Assembly: GCA_036518155.1 (NCBI GenBank)
Contig: DATDNS010000073.1
Location: 1 to 30,565, forward strand
Reading direction: 5' to 3'
Length of the DNA stretch: 30,565 nt
Source: Bacteroidota bacterium
GTDB lineage: Bacteria > Bacteroidota > Ignavibacteria > UBA10030
Shown here piece by piece: positions 20,254 through 28,894 of this stretch. Positions within the stretch are counted from its first letter, which is position 1, and each line of letters starts with the position of its first letter. The notes beneath the pieces were generated by a model. It was not told the origin of the DNA. It was given only the letters and a program-made list of their open reading frames with translations, and ran no database searches. The translations under genes were made by a program, and so were the position numbers.

Positions 20254-20790
20254 TTAAGAAAAATACGGTCCGAGCTCTTCGGCAAGTGCTCTCCGAGCTT
20301 TAAACAGGCGCGATTTTACCGAGCTTTCAGTGTCTCCCGTTATGGCGGCGATTTCCGCGTATGTGCGCTGTTCGTATTCGCGAAGGATAAGTACTTCTTT
20401 GTACTCGGGTTTCAATCCGTCGATGCAGTGAACAACGATCGTTGATGTGTCCTTTGATTCCGTCAGGGTCAGCGGGGTATCGTGGCTCCAGGCCGTGTCT
20501 TCATCGAGTTCTCCGTTGCTCCGTTCCTTCTTCAAATTCTTGTAGACCTGGTTACGCGCTATAGCGTACAACCAGGAACGAAAAGCCAATGTGTCGTCGA
20601 GCGTCTGGATGTTTTGGTACATTTTCAAGAAGCTATCGTGTGTGGCATCTTCTGCGAGGAACCGATTCCCGGACAACCTGAGGCAGAATGTATAGATGAG
20701 GCGTTTGTAGCGATTGTAGAGTTCTTCAAACGCATCAGTCATGCCGTGTCTGAGGTTGGTGACGAGTTGCTCGTCCGTCAGGGAGTTCAA
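20254..20790 (-). CDS. ECF RNA polymerase sigma factor (sigma-70 family, group 4)
   Basis: Region 2 AEDATHDSFLKMY..FRSWLYAIARN and region 4 VLILREYEQRTYAEIAAITGDTESSVKSRLFKARRAL. Start placed at TTG 20790 (AAAGG upstream), because the ORF-track start at 20850 falls inside the predicted promoter. Confidence 0.93.
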   Translation of the reverse strand: MNSLTDEQLVTNLRHGMTDAFEELYNRYKRLIYTFCLRLSGNRFLAEDATHDSFLKMYQNIQTLDDTLAFRSWLYAIARNQVYKNLKKERSNGELDEDTAWSHDTPLTLTESKDTSTIVVHCIDGLKPEYKEVLILREYEQRTYAEIAAITGDTESSVKSRLFKARRALAEELGPYFS

Positions 20791-20830
20791 TGCAAGCCTT
20801 TGCGGTTTGGAGTTCGGCCTCAATTTGCCA

Positions 20831-20858
20831 TAAGACCCGCAAAGAAGCAAAAAGTTGC
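20831..20858 (-). promoter_or_regulatory. Putative ECF (sigmaE-type) autoregulatory promoter
   Basis: Minus strand GCAACTT-N16-TCTTA, resembling the GAACTT-N16-TCTRA consensus, about 40 nt upstream of the sigma start. Confidence 0.6.
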
Positions 20859-20973
20859 TGTAAATCCGTGCGACACATTGGCGGCATATCGATCGATCAA
20901 CGTTGTCTCTTTCGCCATTTTTGCCTACTTTGATTCCGATCTTTTCTGATTTTACCGGAATTCCAGAGATTTC

Positions 20974-21996
20974 ATGACTCCTTTCTCAAGTCCGACCACC
21001 GTTTTCGTCACCGGTGCGACCGGGTTTATCGGTACCAAACTTGTCAATGAACTTGTCCGCAAAGGCCATACCGTTCACGCCCTTTCCCGTTCAACGAGCA
21101 ATCGTTCGGGACTGGAGCACGAGCACATCAAAATTATCCAGGGCGACATTATTGACCGGCAATCACTCGAACGAGGAATGAAAGGCTGTACCCAGGTGTA
21201 CCACCTCGCCGCATACGCGAAGAACTGGGCGCCGGACAAGGGTATGTTCTACCGGATGAACGTTGATGGCATGCGCAATGTTTTTGAAGCAGCGAAGTCG
21301 ACCGGGGTAAATCGTGTTGTTTTCACCTCGACGATTGTGACGTTTGGCCCAACCAAGCCAGGCGTCGTCGGCGATGAACGGATGGCCAGGATCACGGACC
21401 ATTACTACACAGAATACGAAGAAACAAAAGCTATCGCGGAACGTGAGGCGTTGAATTATGCGGCAACTGGCTTCCCGGTAGTCTTGGTGAATCCAACCCG
21501 GGTGTATGGACCTGGAAAAATGACGGAAGGCAATTCTGTCAGCCTGATGATCGACCAGTACGACCGGGGGCAAGTACCCGTACTTCTGAACAAGGGGGTG
21601 AATATCGGCAATTATGTGTATGTCGATGACCTTGTCCGCGGCCACATTCTTGCCATGGAACGGGGAAAAATCGGGGAACGGTATATTCTCGGCGGCGAAA
21701 ATGTATCGCTGGAGAAACTATTCCGTACCGTCGATGAGGTGAGCGGCAAGAAACACGTTCAATTCAACCTGCCTCCTGCGCTCGCGTTCCTTTACGCCAA
21801 AGAAGAACAACTCAAAGCAGAATGGCTTGGCCTTTATCCACAAATCACACCCGGGTGGGTCGATACTTTCCTGCAGGATTGGGTCTACTCGTGTGCAAAG
21901 GCAGAGCGTGAGCTCGGGTATACGATTACGCCGTTCAAAGAAGGAGTCAGGATGACGTATGAATGGCTGACAGGACAACGAAAGAAGAAGAAATGA
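20974..21996 (+). CDS. Extended SDR, NAD(P)-dependent epimerase/dehydratase (HpnA / dihydroflavonol-reductase-like)
   Basis: VTGATGFIG, VYHLAA, VVFTST, catalytic YEETK, VNPTRVYGPG and NYVYVDDLVRGH. Confidence 0.9.
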   Translation: MTPFSSPTTVFVTGATGFIGTKLVNELVRKGHTVHALSRSTSNRSGLEHEHIKIIQGDIIDRQSLERGMKGCTQVYHLAAYAKNWAPDKGMFYRMNVDGMRNVFEAAKSTGVNRVVFTSTIVTFGPTKPGVVGDERMARITDHYYTEYEETKAIAEREALNYAATGFPVVLVNPTRVYGPGKMTEGNSVSLMIDQYDRGQVPVLLNKGVNIGNYVYVDDLVRGHILAMERGKIGERYILGGENVSLEKLFRTVDEVSGKKHVQFNLPPALAFLYAKEEQLKAEWLGLYPQITPGWVDTFLQDWVYSCAKAERELGYTITPFKEGVRMTYEWLTGQRKKKK

Positions 21997-22715
21997 ACCG
22001 TTTTGACTCGTCGTTGTCGCTCAAAGGGCTGTTCTCGGGTGACAACAAAAAATCGACTCTCATTTTCCTTGTCTCGACGATTGTCATCGTCACGTGGAAG
22101 TACTACGGGACCAAGGCGTTCTTCCTCGCTCATCTCACTTCCCACGCGCTGTTCAACAATCCTGATTGGACTGGCGCAACCTACAGCTTTGTGACAGGTC
22201 TCCTCCTGTTCGGTTTCGTTCCTGTTGTGATCGTGAAATTTGTGTTCAACGAATCACTTTCCCACTACGGTGTACAAATCGGAGACTGGAAATTCGGTCT
22301 CGTCGCAGCAGCCGTGATGGCACCGGTGATGATCGCCTTGACGTATCCTTCCTCATCGGATCCCCGTTTTCTCGCAGAATATCCGTTGTTCAAAGGGGCT
22401 GGCGCTTCGGCAGCGGTCTTTGCGGGCCATTCGCTGCTTTATCTGACGTACTACCTGGGCTATGAAATGCTGATGCGGGGATTCATCCAGTTTGGCCTCC
22501 GCGAACAACTGGGCGACTGGAATGCGATCCTCGTCCAGACTGCGGTTTCGACACTCTTTCATATCGGCAAACCTGATGGTGAGATCTTTTCATCCATCCT
22601 CGGAGGGCTGATTTGGGGCATTGTCGTTTTCCGGTCACGTTCGTTGTTGTATGTTCTGATCGTGCACTGGCTTTTGGGGGTTTCACTGGATTTCTTCATC
22701 TGCTTTTCACATTGA
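21993..22715 (+). CDS. CPBP (Abi/Rce1, CAAX-like) intramembrane glutamic protease family protein
   Basis: Polytopic protein with YEMLMRG (motif 1), TLFHIGKPDGE (motif 2) and IVHWLLG (motif 4). ATG 21993 overlaps the upstream stop (ATGA). Confidence 0.82.
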   Translation: MNRFDSSLSLKGLFSGDNKKSTLIFLVSTIVIVTWKYYGTKAFFLAHLTSHALFNNPDWTGATYSFVTGLLLFGFVPVVIVKFVFNESLSHYGVQIGDWKFGLVAAAVMAPVMIALTYPSSSDPRFLAEYPLFKGAGASAAVFAGHSLLYLTYYLGYEMLMRGFIQFGLREQLGDWNAILVQTAVSTLFHIGKPDGEIFSSILGGLIWGIVVFRSRSLLYVLIVHWLLGVSLDFFICFSH

Positions 22716-22748
22716 TTTCATTCTTCGACATATCCTCTTGCGCAAATC

Positions 22749-23687
22749 ATGACGAATAAGACCCTTCGTATCGGCAAACTCCAGCTCCTGGCAACCGACG
22801 GATTGATCCTTGCCTCCCTGGCTTTGTTTACATTGCTTGCGATCGTCTTTGCGCAGAAAATCAACGGCTGGTGGATTCTTGCGCTGAAAAATATCGGGGT
22901 TGCAGTTTTGTACCTGGTGTTCAATGAATTCAGCCGGAAAGTAAACAAGAAATTCTGGAAGTTCTTTCTCCGCGCTGCAGTGGTCACGCTGGCGTTTGCC
23001 TACCTGTTCGGCGCGGTGGACAAGCTGCAGCTCATCATCCACGGACGATGGCTCGATGAGTATGTCCTCGACGGAGAACAGTACGTCTTTGGAGTCCAGC
23101 CGACACTGTGGCTCGAGAAATTCGTATCACCGGCACTAACTGAGTGGATGATGTTTTCTTATGTCGTCTATCTGCCGATGTACCCTGTGTTGTGCGGAAT
23201 CATCTTCTATCTTCGCGGTGAACTTGCGATGGAGGATTATTTCTTCACGCTTGGGTTTACAAACATTCTCTGCGACATCGGATTTATCCTGTTTCCGGTT
23301 GCAGGACCCATCGCAGCCATCGGTTCGTTGTACACTGTGCCGCTGAAAGGGTACATCTGGACGTACTTCAGTGAGCTCATGCGAGCCAACGTGCACTACG
23401 TTGGCGGGACGATTCCGAGTCCCCACGCCGCTGCGGCAACGATTATGTGGATGATGGCCTACCGCTACCACCGCCCCTCGTTCTACGTGCTTACGCCAAT
23501 TGTCCTGTCATTGTATGTCTCGACATTTTACGGACGGTTCCACTATGTAACCGACGCAGTCGCCGGCATCGCGGTCGCGCTTGCAGCGTTTGCGCTTGCC
23601 CCGAGACTCATGCGGGTATGGGATAGGGCCGTGGACGGCAATGTGGCGGTTGCCACGCCAGGCAGTTCAAGCGACCGGCCCCTGTAA
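22749..23687 (+). CDS. PAP2 superfamily, AUR1/inositol-phosphorylceramide-synthase-like membrane protein
   Basis: Polytopic protein with LFPVAGP, IPSPH and STFYGRFHYVTD (His/His/Asp catalytic pattern of AUR1-type PAP2 enzymes). Confidence 0.82.
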   Translation: MTNKTLRIGKLQLLATDGLILASLALFTLLAIVFAQKINGWWILALKNIGVAVLYLVFNEFSRKVNKKFWKFFLRAAVVTLAFAYLFGAVDKLQLIIHGRWLDEYVLDGEQYVFGVQPTLWLEKFVSPALTEWMMFSYVVYLPMYPVLCGIIFYLRGELAMEDYFFTLGFTNILCDIGFILFPVAGPIAAIGSLYTVPLKGYIWTYFSELMRANVHYVGGTIPSPHAAAATIMWMMAYRYHRPSFYVLTPIVLSLYVSTFYGRFHYVTDAVAGIAVALAAFALAPRLMRVWDRAVDGNVAVATPGSSSDRPL

Positions 23688-23774
23688 ATACTTCGTATTT
23701 CGCCATTCACCTTCCGGCAATGAGCTTCATTCATGGGGAGCGGGGATTAATCACACCAACCTCAGGAGAATGTC

Positions 23775-25280
23775 ATGGGACAATTCAGGTCAGTCAACGC
23801 TTTCGTCGTCGCGGTATGCCTCATTCCGGCTCTTAAGAGCCAAAATATCCAACAGGTTGCGGGAGAACGTACTTCCGTGGACCTCACTGTCTATAACTCG
23901 AATATGGCACTGATACGCGAAGAACGTCCGATAACGTTTCGTCAAGGGATGAATCGCATCATTGTGCCGGAGATTCCTGCGACGATTGACGGGACATCAT
24001 TGCACTTCGCGAGTCTCTCGGATCCGCTCTCGGTGCGGATCCTTGAACAGAACTATCAATACGATCTTGTGCATCAGGCGAAACTTCTCGATAAATACAT
24101 CGGCAGGGACATCGAGTTCATCAGACTGGATGAACTCACGAAAAAGGAATACACGGTCAAGGCAAAACTGCTGGCAACCGGCTGGCAGCCGCAACCGCAG
24201 TACGGCGGCGCTACAGGATACGTGTACTCTGGACAAATGATCGTCGAGATTGGAGGTAAAATTGAGATAGCTCCGCCAGGCAGGATTGAGCTGCCAAGCC
24301 TCTCTGAAGGCCTCATCCTCAAGCCGCAGCTTGAATGGCTTGTTAATTCGAGTCGCGACGGAATGCAGAAGACGGAAATCAGCTATATCGCCAACGGGAT
24401 TTCGTGGAACTGCAACTACGTGGCGCTGCTCAATGACAAAGACTCGAACCTCGACCTCACCGGGTGGGTCACGCTGACGAACAATTCAGGCACGACGTTC
24501 ACGAACGCGGGGTTGAAACTTGTGGCCGGCGATGTCAACAGGGTCCAGGAAGGCCGGGGAATAATGGCTCAGCTTGCGATGAAGTCCGATAATGCCGTGA
24601 ACGCTCCGCAGTTCGAGCAAAAGGAGCTGTTTGAGTATAAACTCTATTCGCTGCAGCGTCACACGGATCTGGCGAACAGTGAGACAAAACAAATCGAGCT
24701 GACGTCAGGCCACAATGTCCAGGCGACAAGGCTGTTCGTCTATGACGGCATGGCCGACAGTTGGAAGCTGTATTACAACAACTATTCGTACCGATCGCAG
24801 GAGAGTTTCGGACAGCAAGCCAACACCAAGGTCGGCGTCTATGTCACGTTCCGGAACGACGATAAGGCGGGGCTTGGGATCCCTCTGCCGAAAGGGAAAG
24901 TGCGTGTCTACAAAAAGGATGACGACGGCAAGGAGCAGTTTGTCGGGGAGGATGAGATCGATCACACGCCGAAGAATGAAGAAGTGAAGCTCTATCTTGG
25001 AAACGCTTTCGACATCGTCGGAGAGCGCAAGCAGACGAGTTTCAGGAACGTCGTTCCCGGCCACATGATCGAAGAATCATTCGAGATCAAGCTGAGAAAT
25101 CACAAATCAGAAACGGCCGAAGTCCAGGTATACGAACATCCGTGGCGCTGGAGTGATTGGGAGATTGTGAAGCAAAACACGCAGTGGATCAAGGTGGATC
25201 AGACCACCATCAATTTTCCGGTGAAGTTGAAGCGCGACGAAGAGAAGACGATAACGTACACAATCCGGTACGTGTGGTAA
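23775..25280 (+). CDS. DUF4139 domain-containing exported protein
   Basis: CAGGAG RBS and signal-peptide-like N-terminus. VDLTVYNSNMALIREER, LTGWVTLTNNSGTTF..AGLKLVAGDVNRV, LFEYKLYSL and EDEIDHTPKNE..LGNAFDIVGER are typical of the family (from recall). Confidence 0.8.
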   Translation: MGQFRSVNAFVVAVCLIPALKSQNIQQVAGERTSVDLTVYNSNMALIREERPITFRQGMNRIIVPEIPATIDGTSLHFASLSDPLSVRILEQNYQYDLVHQAKLLDKYIGRDIEFIRLDELTKKEYTVKAKLLATGWQPQPQYGGATGYVYSGQMIVEIGGKIEIAPPGRIELPSLSEGLILKPQLEWLVNSSRDGMQKTEISYIANGISWNCNYVALLNDKDSNLDLTGWVTLTNNSGTTFTNAGLKLVAGDVNRVQEGRGIMAQLAMKSDNAVNAPQFEQKELFEYKLYSLQRHTDLANSETKQIELTSGHNVQATRLFVYDGMADSWKLYYNNYSYRSQESFGQQANTKVGVYVTFRNDDKAGLGIPLPKGKVRVYKKDDDGKEQFVGEDEIDHTPKNEEVKLYLGNAFDIVGERKQTSFRNVVPGHMIEESFEIKLRNHKSETAEVQVYEHPWRWSDWEIVKQNTQWIKVDQTTINFPVKLKRDEEKTITYTIRYVW

Positions 25281-25290
25281 CAAAACGAAC

Positions 25291-25337
25291 GGGCTCCGAT
25301 TTCTTCAAGCTCAATAGGCAGGGAGAAATCGGAGCCC
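25291..25337. terminator. Perfect 14-bp inverted repeat between convergent DUF4139 and argH genes (probable terminator or stability hairpin)
   Basis: GGGCTCCGATTTCT-N19-AGAAATCGGAGCCC. No U-tract on either strand. Confidence 0.55.
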
Positions 25338-25363
25338 CGTACCGGTGCCTGCGAGCGCCCGCC

Positions 25364-26755
25364 TCAGACCTTTCTGTTCTTCAGCACCCTTGTCCAGTGA
25401 ACTATCTGTTTTTTCACTTCGTGGGGGTTTGTACTTCCCGCCGATTGCTTCTGGTCAACACTGGACTGCGGGAGAATGTGATCGAAGATGTCCGGCGCGA
25501 AGGCGGCTGAAAACTGCCTGAGCGTATCGAGGTCCAGGTTGCCAAAGTACATTTTGTGCCCGATGCAGTAGGAGACGACCTTTCCCGTGATCTCGTGCGC
25601 CTGCCGGAAGGGAATGCCTTTCCGAACCAGGTAGTCTGCCATGTCTGTCGCGGAAAGATAATCGGTCCTCAACTCTTCCGCCATTTTCTCTTTGTCGAAC
25701 GTTGTGTGGACAAGCACGTGCGAGAAAATGAACAGACACTGGCGTGTTGTGGTGACAATGTCAAAGAGCGGGACTTTGTCCTCCTGCATATCGCGGTTGT
25801 ACGCAAGGGGAAGTCCCTTCATGATCGTCAAAAGTGATACCAGAGAACCGATCACCCTCCCTGATTTCGCCCGGACAAGCTCCGCCATATCAGGATTCTT
25901 CTTTTGCGGCATGATACTGCTGCCGGTGGAATACGCATCGCTGATGTGCGCAAAGCCGAATTCCTTCGAAGACCAGTAGACAATGTCTTCGGCAAACCTG
26001 CTCAAATGCGTCGCGATGATGCTGCACGCAGATGCGAATTCGATCAGGTAGTCACGGTCACTCACCGCATCGATGCTGTTTTCAACGATGCCATCGAAAT
26101 GAAGCTTCCTGGCCACGAGAGCGCGATCGATGGGAAACGAGGTGCCCGCGAACGCCGCGGCACCCAGAGGGGATTTGTTCGCACGTTTCCTGCAGTCCTC
26201 AAGACGCTCAAAATCACGCTCGAGCATCCACGAGTACGCGAGAAGATAGTGCGAGAGCATGACAGGTTGTGCACGTTGAACGTGGGTGTACCCCGGCATC
26301 AGGACGCCGAAGTATTTCTCGGCCTTGTACAGGAGAACACGCTGGAGCTGAACGACGAGCTTGCTGATTTCCCGGATCGCCTTCCGCAGGTAGAGCCTTT
26401 CATCCAGGGCCACCTGATCGTTCCGGCTCCGGCCGGTATGCAGTTTCCCCCCCAGCGGTCCGAGTTTTTGAATCAGCCGTTGTTCGATGGCCATGTGGAT
26501 ATCTTCGAACTCGTTTGTAAGGTGGAACTTGCCCGATTCAATCTCCCTCTTGATCGTTTTCAGCGCTGTCCGAATTCTGCGGGCCTCGGAAGACGAAAGC
26601 ACCCGTGTCGCCGAAAGCATTTCGACGTGCGCGATACTTCCGTCAATATCCTCTTCGTACAGTTGTTTGTCTACGTCAATTGACGATGAAAACTTCAGGG
26701 CGATTTCAGCAAGAGGTTCCTTGAATCGTCCGCTCCAGAGTGCTTCGTGAGGCAT
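25364..26755 (-). CDS. argH: Argininosuccinate lyase
   Basis: LWSGRF, LHTGRSRNDQVA, MPGYTHVQRAQP and fumarate-lyase signature GSSIMPQKKNPD. Confidence 0.97.
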   Translation of the reverse strand: MPHEALWSGRFKEPLAEIALKFSSSIDVDKQLYEEDIDGSIAHVEMLSATRVLSSSEARRIRTALKTIKREIESGKFHLTNEFEDIHMAIEQRLIQKLGPLGGKLHTGRSRNDQVALDERLYLRKAIREISKLVVQLQRVLLYKAEKYFGVLMPGYTHVQRAQPVMLSHYLLAYSWMLERDFERLEDCRKRANKSPLGAAAFAGTSFPIDRALVARKLHFDGIVENSIDAVSDRDYLIEFASACSIIATHLSRFAEDIVYWSSKEFGFAHISDAYSTGSSIMPQKKNPDMAELVRAKSGRVIGSLVSLLTIMKGLPLAYNRDMQEDKVPLFDIVTTTRQCLFIFSHVLVHTTFDKEKMAEELRTDYLSATDMADYLVRKGIPFRQAHEITGKVVSYCIGHKMYFGNLDLDTLRQFSAAFAPDIFDHILPQSSVDQKQSAGSTNPHEVKKQIVHWTRVLKNRKV

Positions 26756-26898
26756 GGGTGTAATCCGTTCAAATTATTGAAAAGTGTGAACCAGCAGCTC
26801 TCGCCGGTGAATGAAAAACCCGCAACAAGATAGCGAAAAATCGAAAGAGTAGTAAGTGGCGTGTCGGCCTGTAACCGGAATGGTTCGGGTTGTGCGGC

Positions 26899-26935
26899 AA
26901 ACCGGCATTGCTGAACATTACGCAGGCAACGCCGG
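26899..26935 (-). terminator. Possible terminator downstream of the amidase gene
   Basis: Minus strand 10-bp stem CCGGCGTTGC/GCAATGCCGG (one G-U pair) followed by only UUU, about 25 nt after the amidase stop. Confidence 0.45.
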
Positions 26936-26958
26936 AGGAACAACTGCAACGGTATCCT

Positions 26959-28761
26959 TTACTTCCGGAGTTCGCCGTATTTCCTGACGAAATCTTCGAG
27001 TCCCTTGACCACTTGAGCAGCTATCCTTCTGCGAAAACCGTCGTCAAGCAGCAGTATCTCATCCTCCGGGTTTGAGAGGAAGGCAGTCTCGACGAGCACG
27101 TTCGGAAGCTGGGTGGGTGCATTGAGAGCGAAATTGAAACTGCCTGTGACACCAAATTGCATCAGTCCCAGGGTAAGCATGCGGTCGTACATCGTGGATG
27201 CAAGCGACCTGAATCCCACGTAACGGTAGTATGTGCTCGTTCCCTGGACAAGAAGAGGATCGGCCGTCTCACCGGTGGAATTACAGTGGATGCTCACCAG
27301 AATCTGCGCACCCGAAGTAACGATCCTGTCGATGCGATCTCCCATGCCGACGCCGTCGTCACCGACCCTCGTCATGACGACCCTTGCGCCCCGGCTCAAA
27401 AGTGAGTCCTGGATATATCTGGCAATACTCAGGTTCACGTCTTTCTCAAGCACGCCCGTAGCGCCCAACGCTCCATTGTTGTCGCCGCCGTGGCCGGCAT
27501 CGACCGCGATCGTCATTCCGGCAAGGGAAGAATCCTCAGACGCAACTGCCGGTGGACGCCTGATTTTGATTCGCAGCGTCGAACCATTGTCATAGCCAAC
27601 GTCGAATCCCCATTGCTGCTCTTCCCTGAGATTGATCAACAGGCGAAACTGATCTGAAGCAACCTGTTTCCAGCTTACGCTCGTGATTCCTTTTGCTGAA
27701 AGCTGCTGGGTAATCCAATTCGTGTTTGACGTCGCACCGTAGACGTCAATGACGACGGCATTCGGATGTACTTCAACGTCGCTGAGATACGGCAGGCGGC
27801 GCTGCAACGGGACCGAGACGACATCCAGTGAGTCGTCACCGTAGACGGCGATTGAACCTGTGAGTGAACGCGGAAGTGGAGTGTCGAAGGGGAGGATCTT
27901 CGCGAATTCCTGAGGCAGCCATCCCTCCATTGTGGCGGATAACCGAACGCGATATTGCTGACCTTCTTTTCCCGTGATTTCGACCTGCACACCCGGCTGG
28001 AGAAATCCAAGCTTCGCTCCGCCGAGCCGGTCTGTCCCGAGACCTGCGTTAAGGAATGGTCGCTTGCCGGTCAACTCGGCAACGCGAGGGAGAGAATCCG
28101 GCATGATCCAGACTTTCCCTTTGGAGCGGGCCTTCCTGCTCGACCAGAAACTCTTTTTGAGCCTAAACGTGATCGGATAGCCCCTCGAAACATCCGAATC
28201 CTTTATCTTGTATCTTCCCACGTAAATTCCGCCGAGTCCACCGGCTTCCTTCGCGCTCAATTCCCGCATGGGGATTCCCGATTCCACATCCTCAATGTCG
28301 AAGGTGGCGTCATAGCCGGGACTGCCTTTGAACTTGACGTCAACGAAATCGTCTTTCCCAAGCCATAAATCCTGCGACGGTTCCATCATCACACTGTCGA
28401 TGGTGAGCGTGTCGTAAGAAGATGTTTTCAATGGTTCAGTGCGGGTGATCAGGATCTGCCGGCAAAGCGAGTCTCCTTTGGCATTCTTGACGGTCAATCT
28501 GAGGACGTTCGGACCGTAGGCAAGGGGAACGATGCCGACGAACGCGCCGCTGGAATACACCTTTGTTTCAATGTCGTTGACATAGGCTTTTGCTGTCGGG
28601 AGCGTGCTCGCTGCGAAACGATGGCGGGAAAAAGGAACCAGAACGGTATCGAGCTCCGGAACGACGACCCGAAGGAACAGGGAATCCGGTTTCTGTTGTG
28701 TAAAGGAGGTGAGGCTTGGGAAAAAGAGAAGGAGCGCAAGTACCCGGAGTTTTGGATTCAT
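26959..28761 (-). CDS. N-acetylmuramoyl-L-alanine amidase (Amidase_3) with N-terminal Ig-like, SH3b-like and AMIN-like modules
   Basis: Zn ligands and catalytic residues in DAGHGG, EKDVN, SIHCN and VLVETAF. A signal-peptide-like segment follows ATG 28761 (ORF track starts at TTG 28803). SH3b-like FLQPGVQVEITGKEGQQYRV..GWLP. Confidence 0.9.
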   Translation of the reverse strand: MNPKLRVLALLLFFPSLTSFTQQKPDSLFLRVVVPELDTVLVPFSRHRFAASTLPTAKAYVNDIETKVYSSGAFVGIVPLAYGPNVLRLTVKNAKGDSLCRQILITRTEPLKTSSYDTLTIDSVMMEPSQDLWLGKDDFVDVKFKGSPGYDATFDIEDVESGIPMRELSAKEAGGLGGIYVGRYKIKDSDVSRGYPITFRLKKSFWSSRKARSKGKVWIMPDSLPRVAELTGKRPFLNAGLGTDRLGGAKLGFLQPGVQVEITGKEGQQYRVRLSATMEGWLPQEFAKILPFDTPLPRSLTGSIAVYGDDSLDVVSVPLQRRLPYLSDVEVHPNAVVIDVYGATSNTNWITQQLSAKGITSVSWKQVASDQFRLLINLREEQQWGFDVGYDNGSTLRIKIRRPPAVASEDSSLAGMTIAVDAGHGGDNNGALGATGVLEKDVNLSIARYIQDSLLSRGARVVMTRVGDDGVGMGDRIDRIVTSGAQILVSIHCNSTGETADPLLVQGTSTYYRYVGFRSLASTMYDRMLTLGLMQFGVTGSFNFALNAPTQLPNVLVETAFLSNPEDEILLLDDGFRRRIAAQVVKGLEDFVRKYGELRK

Positions 28762-28836
28762 AGGTGAACTGGAATGAATGGTATTCAACAAACAATTTTC
28801 CAAGAATTACGGTAAGATTCAAGGTGATTTTGAAAC

Positions 28837-28865
28837 AAAAAGCCGGTGAAGAACCGATCACCGGC
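28837..28865 (-). terminator. Intrinsic terminator after argG
   Basis: 8-bp stem GCCGGTGA/TCACCGGC with an 8-nt loop, followed by UUUUU on the minus strand. Confidence 0.8.
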
Positions 28866-28894
28866 CGATTGACTCATCTGCTCCGAAGAGAATT

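Noticed and set aside
20791-20850. ORF-track N-terminal extension of the ECF sigma
   Set aside because: The TTG at 20850 lies inside the spacer of the predicted ECF promoter, and TTG 20790 gives a typical ECF length with an RBS.
25904-26683. 259-aa plus-strand ORF opposite argH (similarly 29648-30289 opposite argG)
   Set aside because: Antisense shadow ORFs with no RBS or family motifs.
26768-26781. Inverted repeat TTCAA-N4-TTGAA upstream of argH as a possible ARG box
   Set aside because: Arm orientation is opposite to the TGAAT...ATTCA ArgR consensus, there is no tandem second box, and no counterpart upstream of argG.
26755-26959. Possible arginine attenuator leader peptide before argH
   Set aside because: The two minus-strand short ORFs I translated contain no Arg-codon run and no attenuator structure was evident.
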